From Amphiscolops sp. MND2022 (lineage: Eukaryota), in contig OZ076409.1 in the NCBI GenBank assembly GCA_964187785.1, positions 55,430,001-55,494,000 of the forward strand: a stretch of DNA of 64,000 bases, read 5' to 3'. Below, piece by piece: positions 12,791 through 26,100 of this stretch (position 1 is the first letter of the stretch; the number at the start of each line of letters is the position of its first letter). The notes beneath the pieces are model-generated. The model was not told the origin of the DNA and searched no databases. It worked only from the letters and a program-made list of their open reading frames with translations. The translations under genes and the position numbers were made by a program.

Positions 12791-13906
12791 TGTTGCTGCT
12801 TTGTATCAGCTTATAAATAATTCTCGTCTTTTCTCACAATTTTTGCTTTAAATAATTCGGGATCTTCACCCAAAAATGTTTCTGAGGAAAAATGAAGCTT
12901 GAAACCGGCAACAAAAAGAATGGGAGAAATGTAAACACGAAAAAAATTGAAAAGTCGAAAAGAAGAGTTATTTTTAACATTTGTTACCAAAGAAAAATTT
13001 GCTCCCAGGTTCTAAATCATCATTTGCCAAACATGGATGTAGCATTACTTTATTAAAAAATTTGACGATTCAAATACAAAATATTAAATTTTCATCAAAA
13101 CCAAGCAGAAGCATATTTAGTGAAGTGACCGATCTAAGCTGTGACTCTGTGATTTGGAGTACAAAGAGGAGACTGTCAGTCATCCAATGTTCAAAGGGCC
13201 ATCTTGCAACGTGGAACTTTTTATAGATCTCTTTGACGTCAGCACTTTCATTGCCCTATATTCGGATCGAATTAGAAAAACGAGTTTTTTAAAAGTAATT
13301 GTTTTCGAATTTCACGTATGTTCTTCTTTTCTTCAAACTATTGACCACATGAAGAAGAACTGAGCTTTTTCTTGTATTTTGGAAATGTTTCCAAAGCTTA
13401 ATGTTTTCGAAAGTTTTGTCATTTGTGGTTTTTTTCTGAGATTCGAAATCATGAAGTCATGGTTCCCAAAAAGGATGCACACTCAAGAAGTATCAGCTTC
13501 GAATAGGGTTATTCGAGTTATAACAATATTTTAATGGATTTGCTGATTGCTTGTACCAATGCATTTATAATACCCGAAAGTTTAGAACGGTCACTTTCCC
13601 CCGAGGGACAAAGTTTTCGCTAGCAGCCAAATATCTTTTTCGGTCAACGAGGTCTCTGGGGCAAAATTCAATAGGATTTTCACCTGTATTGAAAAAATCG
13701 TTTTTTTTCTCAGATATCATATTGATTACGTTAGGGACCGTACTGTATTGAAATTCGCTACTCTTCTTTCTTCAGGAAATTACCCGCTTTGTTTCCAGGA
13801 AAAACTGTTCATTAGGAATTTCTGTGAATGGGTCTCATTCAGTTTTTCATATTTGTAAAAGTTAAAAAGAATCTAAGAAGGCCCTTCTGCATCCCTGGCT
13901 AAACTT

Positions 13907-14558
13907 ACCAGTACTGACAACCCATGATAACCCACCACTGGGCATCGGTGGACCACCGATGGCCACCGGTGAGGAAAAATTAGCTTACGTGGAGGCTTTC
14001 CCACACGTGGCCACCGGTGGTCCACAGATGGACCATCAGTAAAAAATTCGAAAATTTCAAAATAAAAATTTCAAGCAACTGAAAAGATTCACTACACAAA
14101 ATACCTTTAGACGTTATTAGCGCCCCTAACGCATCATAGCCAAACAAAATGGGAATTTATCAGGACCGGTTCTGAAGTGTCTGTAAACCCTGTTTGCAGT
14201 TTCAGATCGTGTTCGAAAAACATTTTCCACTGGTTACCCAGTGGGTTTCGACCTTACTCCAGTAATTTTCGGTAATTTTAGATCTTATTCCAGTGGTTTT
14301 TTCAGTGATTCAGATCTTATTCCAGTTGTTTTTTCAGTGATTTTATCGAAAATGATCAGTGCATGCATGCCTGTGCTTGTAAAATGTTCCTGCAGTTTCA
14401 ACTAGGGTAACCAACCTTTGGAGACCTTTCATCGACGGCCCTCCGGTGCCCACCGTAGCCCACTGATAGCCCATCGGTGGCCACCGCAAAAACTGTTACG
14501 GCCACCGATGGAACTGTGGTGGAAAATCGGTGGGTTTCCCTGGGTTGTCAACTCGGGT
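13907..14558. mobile_element. MITE with GC-rich CCACCG/CGGTGG subterminal repeats
   Basis: TGACAACCCATGATAACCCACC at the left end is inverted relative to GGTGGGTTTCCCTGGGTTGTCA at the right end. Confidence 0.65.
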
Positions 14559-14797
14559 AGGATCATAATCTGAATCACACCTTGCACCAAAGTTTTACTC
14601 AAAAAGTGGCACAGTACCAAAAAAATCTAAAAGCGGTACGGTACCCTTTGGTCTTTTACCTTTGTTAACTTGATGGATTAACGTGATTTACCTTTGTCAA
14701 CGGAGGATCAACACCCTATTGCATTGATTTCCAGCACCATTCACAACGTATAAACACGCCCCTCAACTACAAGGCCTAGTGGAAAGTGTTTTTGTTT

Positions 14798-14854
14798 TAA
14801 ATTTCCGCCAGCATCATGTATATAAAGTAAAAATCCGATGCTGGCGGAAATTTA
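14798..14854. repeat. Perfect 18-bp inverted repeat with a 21-nt loop
   Basis: TAAATTTCCGCCAGCATC / GATGCTGGCGGAAATTTA. Confidence 0.9.
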
Positions 14855-15280
14855 TGTTATGGAGTGTATTTGAGAATCTATTCATCGATTTCTGATACAT
14901 GCCAAACATTCTGAGCATTCTCTCGAGCTTTTACTGTCATTCAAAATGATTTGATGCCCTAATGTTATAAAAAGGAGTCCTTAGAAAGACGATTTTTGAA
15001 CCCAGACCAACAGCGCGATGGTCCATCGATGGGAGCTCAGCATGGCCCCATCGAGGGCCCATGGGAAAAATGTCGGCGGCCATGTCAAGGATGCGATGGC
15101 CCATCGATGGCCCATGGACGGGCTGCCCTGGGATATCCCAACCCGACACCGAATACCGAAAAAAAAGAAAATGCCTTGTTAAATAGGTCATGCATGGAGT
15201 CAACATGGACCATGCATGAACCATGTTAATCTAATGCGTGAAATCATCGTGATCGTGCATTCTCGGTGAGCAGGAAAAAC

Positions 15281-15750
15281 GGTTACATGACATTTCGTCC
15301 TATACACTTTCAACCTATGCATTTTCAACCGCTGCCATTTCAACCGCTCACAATTTCAACCTATTGCATTTTCAACCGTCCGCAATTTCGACCTATTAGT
15401 TTTGGCTATTTAGTCTTCATTCGATTGAGCTATTAATTCAGTTCAATTATTACTAATGAATCAACCAGCCTTAATTAATGGTAATTATCCATGAAGAAGC
15501 CAAAAGGTATCAAAATTGCCGTAAAAATTAGCAAATTTCAATTCAGAAATGTATGAAAGTTAAAACCACCAAAATAATTATGATTAGGATCCATTAGCCA
15601 AAATTAGTTTAGGTCGAAATTGCGGACGGTTGAAAATGCAATTGGTTGAAATTGTGAGCGGTTGAAATGGCAACGGTTGAAATTGCATAGTTTGAACTTG
15701 CATATATGAATATATATGAAATTGCCTATAGGATGAAAAGTCCTGACACC
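15281..15750. mobile_element. Mutator-like MITE with 9-bp TSD
   Basis: Long TIRs with TTCAACC subrepeats; AGGAAAAAC duplicated at 15272-15280 and 15751-15759. Confidence 0.85.
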
Positions 15751-16493
15751 AGGAAAAACGTCTAAGAAATAACGTTTAAATCCAAAGTTGGAATAACATT
15801 CGAACTGCTTTTGAATCATATTCCGGTAGTTTCAGATCAGATTTACAGGTTTACGAGCTTATTCAGTAGTCTTCAGATTTCTATGGGAACGGTCCCTGAA
15901 TTTAATCCTTCCTATTAACGTGTAGAGATGAATACCCGCGAAGCAGTATGTTGCTGAAAGATTTTTCTAGCGCTGTTGAAAATGATTGTGAATTGATTTG
16001 TCATCAGAGTTCAAACTGTTGTCTCAGAGAGAATGGCAAGAAGTGTCCCAGTTTCCGGCTACCAAATTTCTCATTTTTTATGCGAAGCAGCTGGAAGGAA
16101 TAAGTCGAGAAAACTATTAGCCTTTGCAGTAGGATACTTCACTTTAAAAACTGCGTGGTAGTTAGGGGGAATTCCACTGGTCTGTACGCATCATCTGGAG
16201 TTCATCGAAAATTTCATTCATTACAGAGAAGTCGAATATGTCTACCGACCGTCAGCAAGTGCTGGTATCAATATCTGACATAGTTGGTAGTGCTGACAGT
16301 AGCGAAGGATGAATCAACCGGCACATAATTCTTGTATGTCAATGCATTCTTTGAAGCGCTACAAAAAATATTTCAATATTTCTTGTGCAAATATTAAAAA
16401 GCAAGCAGTGAAGCTGTTACTTGTCTTTATCGTGGGAAATTGATAGTGAAAGGACAAGACTGTTTGTTAACATTTATATCAGAGGCCAACAAA

Positions 16494-16569
16494 TTATGAC
16501 AATGATTATGACTGTTTATGACTGTTTATGACTGATTATGACAATGATTATGACAACAAATTATGACTG
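16494..16569. repeat. Short tandem repeat
   Basis: Repeated TTATGAC(TG/AATGA) units. Confidence 0.8.
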
Positions 16570-19500
16570 CAGTTTAACTTCACAGAAACACACACTGCAT
16601 ACAACTGATTTTAAAACAAATGCATCTGAATAATTCTAATGGTCTCAGTAATTTTCAGTCAGAAGTGTTTGCACGTAATTACCAAGAACCCACCAAACCC
16701 ATATCGAAATGAAAATATCGAAAACTGCTGGACAAAAAATTTATTTTTTTTAAAATGGTTTTTGACTAAGAGTTTCAAAATTAGACTCGCTTATGTGCAT
16801 CACATTTGTTTTTGTCACCTTTTTGAGATACTTTAATCGCAAGATAGAAAATTTCATTTGTGCTCGAGAGTGTTTGGATCTGATTCAATGCTAATTTGAT
16901 TACATTATTGAGCCAGGGTGCTTTCAAGTTGAAAATTGTAATTACATGAACGAAGTTTTTACTATGCCTATAGGTTTGGCGTTCTGAAACTGTCATGAGG
17001 TAGTCATGATTGAGAGTTTGGAATTTAACGAGGCCGTCAGTCACACAACATCATAGAACAAGACGCCCGCTAAGCACTGGGATATTTTCCGCGACACTCT
17101 TATTGCAAAAAAAGTATGGCGAAGGAGAGGATCGAACCCATGACCTACTGGCTGGGAAACGGAAAAATTTCAAGCACCAGCCCAGGTTCGAAATCACGAC
17201 CTACTGGCTGGGAAAGCAAAAAGTGAAGTGCACTTCACTCGATGGAGTGGAGATAAAGTGGAGTTTTGGCGGAATTTGTAAAAAAAAAACGCGTCACAGA
17301 TCATGATTTTCCTCCCCCATTTATGTGGGCGGAAAATAACAAAGTCGAAAAAACGGCAGCGGAAACAAGGGATAACAGGATAAAATACCAATGATGCTGT
17401 CGACATCACGACGTTACAAAACGCAACTTTAAATACAGACTCAAACAGTTTTCATAAGATTGAAATTCTGATGATTGGCGACTGGCATATCAATCCGTCA
17501 TGCGCAGTTTTCTAGAAAATTTCTCGTATTACTTAAATTCTGATTATCAACGACCGGCCTATCCAGTAGTCATGAGCATTCAGATCCATGTTCATGATTG
17601 AAAGTAGCTAATGTAAGTCATCTCATCACAATAATGATTTTCAGTGTAAGAGTGGAAGTCGTGGAAGAAATTACTTCATGATACATAATTTCATTTCTGC
17701 GCCGTGTATGATCCATATGACGGCGGTGACACACCATCATAACTCAATGCAGCAACGCCACTCATCAATGCAATTGCGTTTGGAAACCTAACATGCTACC
17801 ACCAGTAAAATAGCGCAATACTTATGGGTAAAGTGGTCACGTGACCAACAATGGAAAGAAATTAGCTGGCGCGAGATCGCGCGCATTACCAACTGTTGTA
17901 CTAAGACGTAAAAGTGCTCACCTCACATTTCAGCCGTACTATACTTTCTCATTCTTCAATTCTCAAACATTCAAGCTGCTCATTCCTACGATTCTGTCTC
18001 CGGAAACATTACTAGCAAAATTAACTAACTTCGAACATGAGTAACTGCAGCGATGATGATCAATATAGCCTTCCATATGCTTTTCAAAATCGTTTGAGCG
18101 ATGACATTCATGCAGACTCGTTTCGTTATCAGGAAAGAGATTACATTGATAACCGAGCATAGGTTCTTAGAGATGAACAACCCAATTAGAGAACAACCAT
18201 CGCTAAGGGCAAGGTAATTTCAGTAGAGGGAACTCTGCGAAATATACCCCAGCGTTAAGGAAAGAGAGCGAATGAAACATTGCTACATTAAGCACATTGT
18301 GTGATTCTGACAGAAATTTTCAGTGAGTTTGGAAATTTTCTATTGTACTCATCTGATCATTTGAAAAATTAAACAGACGCCTTCTGAGATTTTGTCAAAA
18401 TAGCTGCAGTAGGAAGGAAAAGAATCGTTTGAGGTTTTGTTTTAGTTTTTAGTGCGAGCCTGGAAAAATTTAAACACTGACAGCGACTACAAACTTTATT
18501 TCCTTTCGAAAAATCGTGCTTCAGTTTCAATTTACAAAACAAAAGGGTTACTATTCACCTGCTCGGTGGTGGTCTGGCCTGTTTTGACTGTTTCTATGGG
18601 TCAGTCAAGATTAAAGAAACTCCGAGGTCCTGGTCTGGTTTTTGAAGGTTCTCGGAAGCACCCATATAAGATTCATTCTAATTGTCTAAGAAATACTAGA
18701 TAAAACAAAACCTTCCGAGGTTCTCGACTTTGAAGAATTTCGGAAATGAACATACGTTCATTTGTTTGTGAAAGTGTGTCTCCGTTTCAATAAATATGAC
18801 TTGGTGAGGTTTTTCATGAACTTGGTTTTGGGAAGGCCGGTCCATGCAAATTCTTTTCATTTGGGTAGTTCATTCCATTTGTTCGAGGTTCTGATCAACG
18901 TTTAGAAGTGCATTTTTCAACCGTGCCAGTTTATGGCAAGCAGCCTACCTAATGACTGATTTCTGTTTCGCGCTGATTGTTTATTTTCTTGCCCATGTTC
19001 CATATGGGAAAGGAAAATATTTAAATCAAACGGTTTTTTACATTTGCCAAGCACCAAATTTATATTCAAAAGGAAAGGTGTCACCTACAGAATTCAACTC
19101 ACATAATTTCAGCTTCGTGCGATATGTATTTGTAGAGATGTTTGGACGTTTTTGGGAATGAGAAAAACGACCCCATAAAGATCCAAAAAAACCCAAAAAG
19201 AACAAAACTTCCATTAGGATGTGTTTAAAACGTTCAACAAGGCAAAAACTTATTGTCCAGTAGACTTTTTGAAAAGATAATTGCGGTGTTCTAATTGAAA
19301 AATATCTCAAACTGACACCGAAAATGACAAAAAATTTGTCACATTTTCGATTTTGAATATTGACAAGATCAACAATGAAAAAGTTTTTTTGTCCAGTAGG
19401 CTTAGTGAAGAGATAAATGCTGTTTTTTTTCAAATGAATAATGTCTCGAATTGACACCGAAAAAAGACAAATTTTCCATAATTTTCTGATTTTCACAATT

Positions 19501-21984
19501 TTTGTCAAATTTTTGATAGATTTCGTACATTATAATGTTGAAACTGTTAAACAATGGAAGAATTCGTTGATTCAGAAGCCTTCTGTTAATTGATAAACAC
19601 AATTTGTGAAAAATGCATCAAACATAACCAAAAAATGACGAAAAGTTCAAAACATTCAAGATTTGTTATTTTTAATGCAATTCCTGTACAATTTCCGAGA
19701 GATATCATAGGCTACAAGTTCAAAATCGTTCCAAATTTGAAGAACAAGCTATGCAGTTCCCTTTTTGACGAAAACGTTGCAGCATTTGCGTCAAAAACAC
19801 TTCAAAATGACTCCGAATGGGTAGAAAACTGTCAGTAGCTTCACGTTTTCATGCAACTTTTGTGGACTTTCTGAATTTTTGTAGTGTCAGAATGATGCAA
19901 AAAATTCAGCAAAGACTTAACTCAAACTCCAGTGGGCTTTTTAGGACGTATTCGCAGACTTCGTTCGGAAAATGGTCCAAAAATGATAGCAAAAAGTCTA
20001 AAAAGCTAAAAGTTTTGCTGATTTCTGACATTTTCATGATATTTTATATAGGATGGAACAATTTGGTGAAATTAAAACCTCAAAAAGCTCCAGATGGTAT
20101 AGTTTGGTCCGCTGCTCGCTTTCCAAAGAAAACTTTCAAATTTTCAGGAAGGAAAGTTTTCTCAGAATGACCCAAAATATGTAAAAACTGGAGTTTTCAA
20201 GTTGTTATCGTTTTTTTGATTTTTTGTGTAATTTTTGAGCATTTTTGTTGCATAATAAGGGTGCGGGTTGTGGTTGTACCCTTTGACCAAATGAAAGTTT
20301 CAGAAAGACGCACAGAGCTCAAAAAAAGCTGAAACGAGGTTTTTTCCACAATCATTCAGAAAACGCTTCAATTGCAGAGGAACAGAAAACAACAAAGCGA
20401 TCACCCTCAGGACTCGGGAAGCATATATCTCTTACAGAAAACCTCCAAAACGTAAAATTGCATATAACATGTCTCAAAAACGAAAAGTGTCGAAAGAACG
20501 AAAAGTGGTCAGCTATGCTAGCAAAACACTGTGGTTTCTGCTGAAAAACGGGAGAGGAAGTTTATGCGAAAATGTACCCTTGCTTCTAACACTACGGGAA
20601 ATCCGCGTTAACCACTAGATCAAGTGGTAGTGAGAAGTTGAAAAGTTGGAAGAACTTTTGGTAGATCATGTGTCATCGAAATAGAAAACTGATGACAAGG
20701 CATGACTATAATCGCTCTTTCCTGACGAAAAGCGCCGAATGATTATTCGGTATTTTAGATACTGGTATTCACATAGTTCAACAACAAAACACTTAGGTAC
20801 TCAACGTGGTTATAATTAGTTGTCTGCTCTAAAAATGGGTTAAGATGAATCCAAACTGTCTTTTCTTTGAACTTCCTTGCCTTTTCATAGTGTATTGGCA
20901 ATTCTTGAGCCTCAAAATTATGTTGTTGAAGAACAGTTTGGGGCGGAAAATATCTCGCTTCTCAGCGGGCGTCTTGTTTTTTTTTCCAATCGATCACTTG
21001 AGCCTATTGTGTTGACTAGTATCTGTGCATAAAAATTGATAAAAACTGCACGTAACTATTTTTATATTATTTGAAGGTTTTACATAATTTTGCGTAAATA
21101 CTGTAATTTCGACTATTTCGAGTTTTATTGATTACTGTTTAAGCTTTCGTTGTTTTACTCTTCGCCGCCAACATGTTTATCACACAGGGGACTCTTGGGA
21201 TGTTTTGTATAATTTGTCAGTTTCTAATTTGAATAAATTCCGACAACTGTTTCTGGTCGCTGACATTGGATAAAACGATAACCGCGATATTAAGCGATCC
21301 ATGTTTCATAAAATGTTTCCCAAAAATAAGTGACAGATTTGTTTCTGAAACCGACTAAAGATGTAGGAAAGCGCTCTAATTCAAACGTATGATAGGAGTC
21401 TGTTCTGTGGCTTTCTTTCGGATTGAAAAAACAGTCTTTCTATGTTCGAGAAAAAGCAGAATAAACTGCATTGAATGTATCAACTGAGGAAAAAATTGAC
21501 TGCCTTGTTAGTCCAGAAGTACATGGTTTTTATCGTCTCAGGATATTCAAGAACAACATCATTGAATTATTCACCTGACTCAAAGAAAATACTATACATT
21601 CGGGAGAAAAATGAGCTTATTAAGTAGCTTTTCTATTTTTTCCTCGGATCAAAGTCGCCTCTTCTGTGGATTCTTTGATAGTGTTGTTCGCAAACTCAAT
21701 AATACGGGGGCTTTGTTCGTGGATTTCGTCATTCGGCCTTCTTCCCAAACTTGTTTGGTATGGTTCGCTAGCGTCTTTGTGCAGCAAAGTTGAAATTTAA
21801 TAAAAAGGATCATTTCAGATTTACTATTTTTAGTCGGCGCCTTTTCCCTTAAGGAAAAAAGCCCGACTCTTACAGTGAGTAGTTTTTTTTGTTTTTTTTT
21901 TAGTTGACAATCTCACTCTGAGTGGTCCACTTTTCTTACAATCTTTGTTCACATTTGTTCACATTTGTTCAACTAATTTTCTGA

Positions 21985-22364
21985 GAAGCAGGAGATCGTG
22001 GGTTCGATTCTCGCACTAAACCATAAATTTTTTAATGCTTCCAAAAGTACAGGTGAGACTAAAGGGTCCCCCCTTTGGGTTTTTTTCGGCACTATGCGAC
22101 TTTTTTCGAAAATTTTCGAATTTTATCAAAGGGTACCCCCTTGCATTTTTTTGAAGTTTTCGGTTTGTAGAAAACGTTGAATGAGCCTGAATGGCCTCTT
22201 TTTGAGTTTTTCGGCATTGTGCGACTTAAAAAATACTTTTTTTGAAAAAAATTGAAAAATAATTTTTTTGAAAAAAAATTTTTTCCCAAATATTTCCAAT
22301 AGTTGTTCCTTGAATATTTTTGAGCCTAAGATATGGCGCCGACTTGGGACGTTCCTGTCTTGTT
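21985..22364 (+). mobile_element. Interspersed repeat with a tRNA-like B-box fragment and a GTCTTGTT end
   Basis: GGTTCGATTC near 22001; internal AGGGTCCCC/TTTTCGGCA..GACTT subrepeats shared with 43893-44327. Confidence 0.6.
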
Positions 22365-23141
22365 TGGTCTAGCCGACACCAACTCTTCAAAAGTTTTGAA
22401 ACTGGCAAACTACGAAAGAGTCATTCTTGCAACATAATGACTTTAATTTCATGACATGCAAAACCTTTTTGCTTGAATGTCAAAGTTTAGATGTAATCAA
22501 ATGGACTCACACTAATCTTGAAAAGGCTTATGCTCATTTTGAATCCACAGTCAACATTTTTAGTCAGCGTTTCATTGAAAATAAAAAGCGCAATTAAGAT
22601 TATCCTAAACCTTTTAAAGCGATAATCTAGTATTCTATAATCTTGAAGTTTTAAAAGTATTCATTACTATTAGGAAAACTTTCATTATGTCAGAACTTTT
22701 TTATGCATCAGGACTTCATTGTTTTATGTTGTTAATTTGAGCTCACTATGAAGTGCTTTTCAAAAGGAAGAAGAAATGAGTTTTTTTGACGGAAAATTTT
22801 CAAACGAAATATATTTAAGACTTTCCAATAAGTCAGTGTTTGTTCATTTTCTGAAATTCAAAGTGTTTCGAAAACAAATGGCCAATATTTCCAATTTCGC
22901 ATCGGCAAAGTTTAATTATCATTCTGAATACTTCATGAGTTGGTAAACTTTAATTACTTGTGGAAATTACTGGATGATAACAATTTAACGGTTTGGGCTA
23001 CTTTCCATACAAAGTTACCAAACCATCAGTCTGTATTACTTGTCAATAATAGTTCCTAAGATTTTCTATTTCTACATCTGCTGGCAAATATCGAAGAGCT
23101 TTCTTGGATTTTACTTTCTTGTAAAATCGTGAGGTATTCAG

Positions 23142-23199
23142 ATGAAAGACGTCAGTCTACTCACCACAGTAGGCTTACTATGCCTGGCTTCTTGTTACA
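23142..23199 (+). CDS. Gene B signal-peptide exon, copy 1
   Basis: MKDVSLLTTVGLLCLASCY then GTAAGT. Confidence 0.7.
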
Positions 23200-26100
23200 G
23201 TAAGTTCCACGATACCTTCTTTATTTCTAACGTTTTCTAAAACTTAAATAGTTAAGTAAGCTTCCAGGGGTAAGTTTTGTAGAATAACAACAGAGTTTTA
23301 ACTAATGAGAAAGAAATTGAAGTTATCTACCGCTTTGTTTTTGTCACGACCACGTTGTTGTCCTTTGACGGACTCAAGCTAATCTTGAAAACGACTGATA
23401 CTCATATTGAATCCACACACGATCATTTTTATTCTAATGTTGTTGGTACTTTTCGAGTAGCGCTTGTTCAACAAACTTGATAAACTCAACTTTCTCCTTC
23501 ATTTTCTGTGCTACTCTGTGAAAATACTCTTTATTCTCTCTTCTATTCCCTCAAGGACCTTCTAATATAACTTCGAAATTGAAATCAACTTCGGTAAGAC
23601 CATTGAAGTTTCTCCATTTTTTGAATTTGAAAGTTTTCTCATTTTTATTGTGAAAACTCTTTCATTGCGGCAGAAAATCGATATGCATCAAAATTTCACT
23701 GGTTCATGTTGCGAATTTAAGCTTGCATTGAAGTGCTCCTCAAGAGGAAGATGAAATTGGGAGATTTGAAAAACCTGAGTTTCCAAAAATATGAATTCAA
23801 AACTTTATGAAGTTTTTGGTTGTTCAATTTCTGAAACTCAAAGTGCTTCGATATTATTATTGCGCTTTTAGCAAGTCCTTCATCGCTAGCTTAGTGGTAT
23901 GGCCCGTGACAAAAAATAACGCATTTGGCGACGACAATCAGAAAGCAACGGTGGGCAGTCAGAATTTGGGATATTGAGCAAGTGGCTTTGAACCACAGCT
24001 TCAAGCCGACCCCTTACTTGACTACTTGGCAGCAATTATGGTGCTACCCCACGTTTTGGCGTCCAACCGTGGGAATTGGGGAAAAACTTTCTTTCATCTT
24101 TCTCAAATGGTCAAAATTTCCGTTTTTGCATCTACTCTAATATTTCATTTTGAATACTTCATGAGTCTGTAAACGTTTATTACCGGTGAAAAAAGCTGGA
24201 TGATTAATATTTGACGATCTGGGCTTTCTTTTCATTCAAAGTTACAAAACAATCCATCCGTTATTTTTCAATAATTTTTCGCTCCAATGTTCTATTTCTG
24301 CATCACCTAACAGTTCTATTTCCAAGCTTTTCAAATGTCGAAAAACGTTTTCGGATTTTAATTTCTTTTAAAATTGTGAGGTAATTAGATGGAAAACGTC
24401 ATTCTGCTTACCACAGTAGGATTTCTATGCCTAGTGGCTTGCTATAGTAAGTTTCACAATAACTTGTTTTGGTTGAAAAACCTCATGATGAAATTCAGAG
24501 GCATTTCATTGTTGTTTTCGTGGTCATTACGATACATCATGTAATATGATATCCCCGCAAGCAAGTTCCCAGATCTAGCGACTTGCATTAATAGCCAATC
24601 ACAGTGAGTTCTTATTTTAAAGACAGTTTTACACTTTTCTCATATTACACCAAGTGATAGTTAGTTACACTGAATGACTCGAATTCACTAATTGACTGGC
24701 TTACCACTTGCTGCACCACTACACTAATGGACTACAGTCTTCGACAAATTTACACCAATTGACTATTTTACCCAAAATCCCTTAGAAGATCCTAGATTTC
24801 ATGCACCTGCTCGACTGTACCTTTGCGAGCGCCGACATTTTTTCAATTTTCTTTCCAGCACCAGCCAAGACTAAAAGCTCAAATTTCCGAAATCCTGATC
24901 CAAGCTTTGAAGAATCTCAAAAGCACACATAAATTCATTTTCTTTTGAAAATTGTTTTCATAATTTGTGCTTGATTGTACGTGGGGCTTTTTAAGGGACA
25001 GTAGCGCTGTCAGTGCCGAATGTATTTCAGTTGGGCAACCAAAACTAGAGATTTTTTATTTTTGCGAAGTCCTGATTTGGATTTTTAAGGACCACAGGAA
25101 GCTATCCGATATCATGTATACATGATACTTTTATTACAGCCTGCAATAGATACTTTCAAGCCGCAAGCATTTGTCGGTTGAATTCTGCTCCAGTATTCGC
25201 CAGGTTGGCCCTAGATTCCCTTGGACTGGTAAGATCTTCTCCAGTACTCCAAAAGATGCTAAGGACTTGTACAGCTAGAACTTGTACGGCTAGAAGTGGC
25301 ACTTGTAAGGAATTGGTCGAGGATTCGATCAGTCCTTGCTTGTCCTTGGCAACCCTTCAGGTCAGGGTTTGTCAGTGCGGGTGAGGTCGTACTCGTTCGC
25401 AGAAATCATTCTGTCAGTCTTGATTTTCAGGTCTATTGTGCTCCAATGGGATCATTATATGTGCCCATTTGAAGTGTGACGGGAATAAATACTGTTCAGA
25501 TGGAGGAGACGAAAAACAGTGCGAGTCACCAAGCAACCACACAAGTCCTGGTTACTTTGCTCACGATATAATGTTGATTAACGTTTCCTTGTTTTTCCTG
25601 ACAAATTTTCTGATAACGTCCTGAATCTATATGGGCAGTTCATTGGAGTATCGCTTTTAATCATTGCACTTTTAGCAAACGTGAAATTTTTGAGTTCATC
25701 CTTCTATATGCTATGCATTGATTTTTGGGACCAAAATTTTGCACGAATTGGTTTCATCAGCTTGTCAAACTACTTAATGTTCTGAAGAAAAACTGATCGA
25801 AAAGCTTTTTTTTTCGTAAAGCACCTTTGATAATATTTGAAAGGATGATATAAAATTGAAGATTATATGATATTTGAATGAATTTTACTGCTTACATGAG
25901 AATTTCAAGATATTGTAGGATTATGATTCACAAGAAGTGCAAATAATGCATGCAATAAATGGAATAAATGACATCGTCTTTTCAAGAAAAGTGTGAATTG
26001 TCCTTGTTTACAAACAAAAAAACAATGTTTTGAATAGAACTTGAATTAAAATTTAATTAGGCAACGTTTGAGTCATGAGCAAGGTAAGAATCATTGCAAT

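Noticed and set aside
17834..17847. TGGTCACGTGACCA E-box palindrome as a shared enhancer
   Set aside because: Single short motif with no supporting context
19038..20170. ORFs of 80-156 aa as genes
   Set aside because: Low-complexity F/K/I-rich translations typical of AT-rich repeat DNA
21985..22020. tRNA gene
   Set aside because: Only a B-box/T-arm fragment; no complete cloverleaf or A-box
25140..25384. Extra exon of gene B
   Set aside because: No domain signal and no convincing phase-1 donor; flanking exons already join in frame
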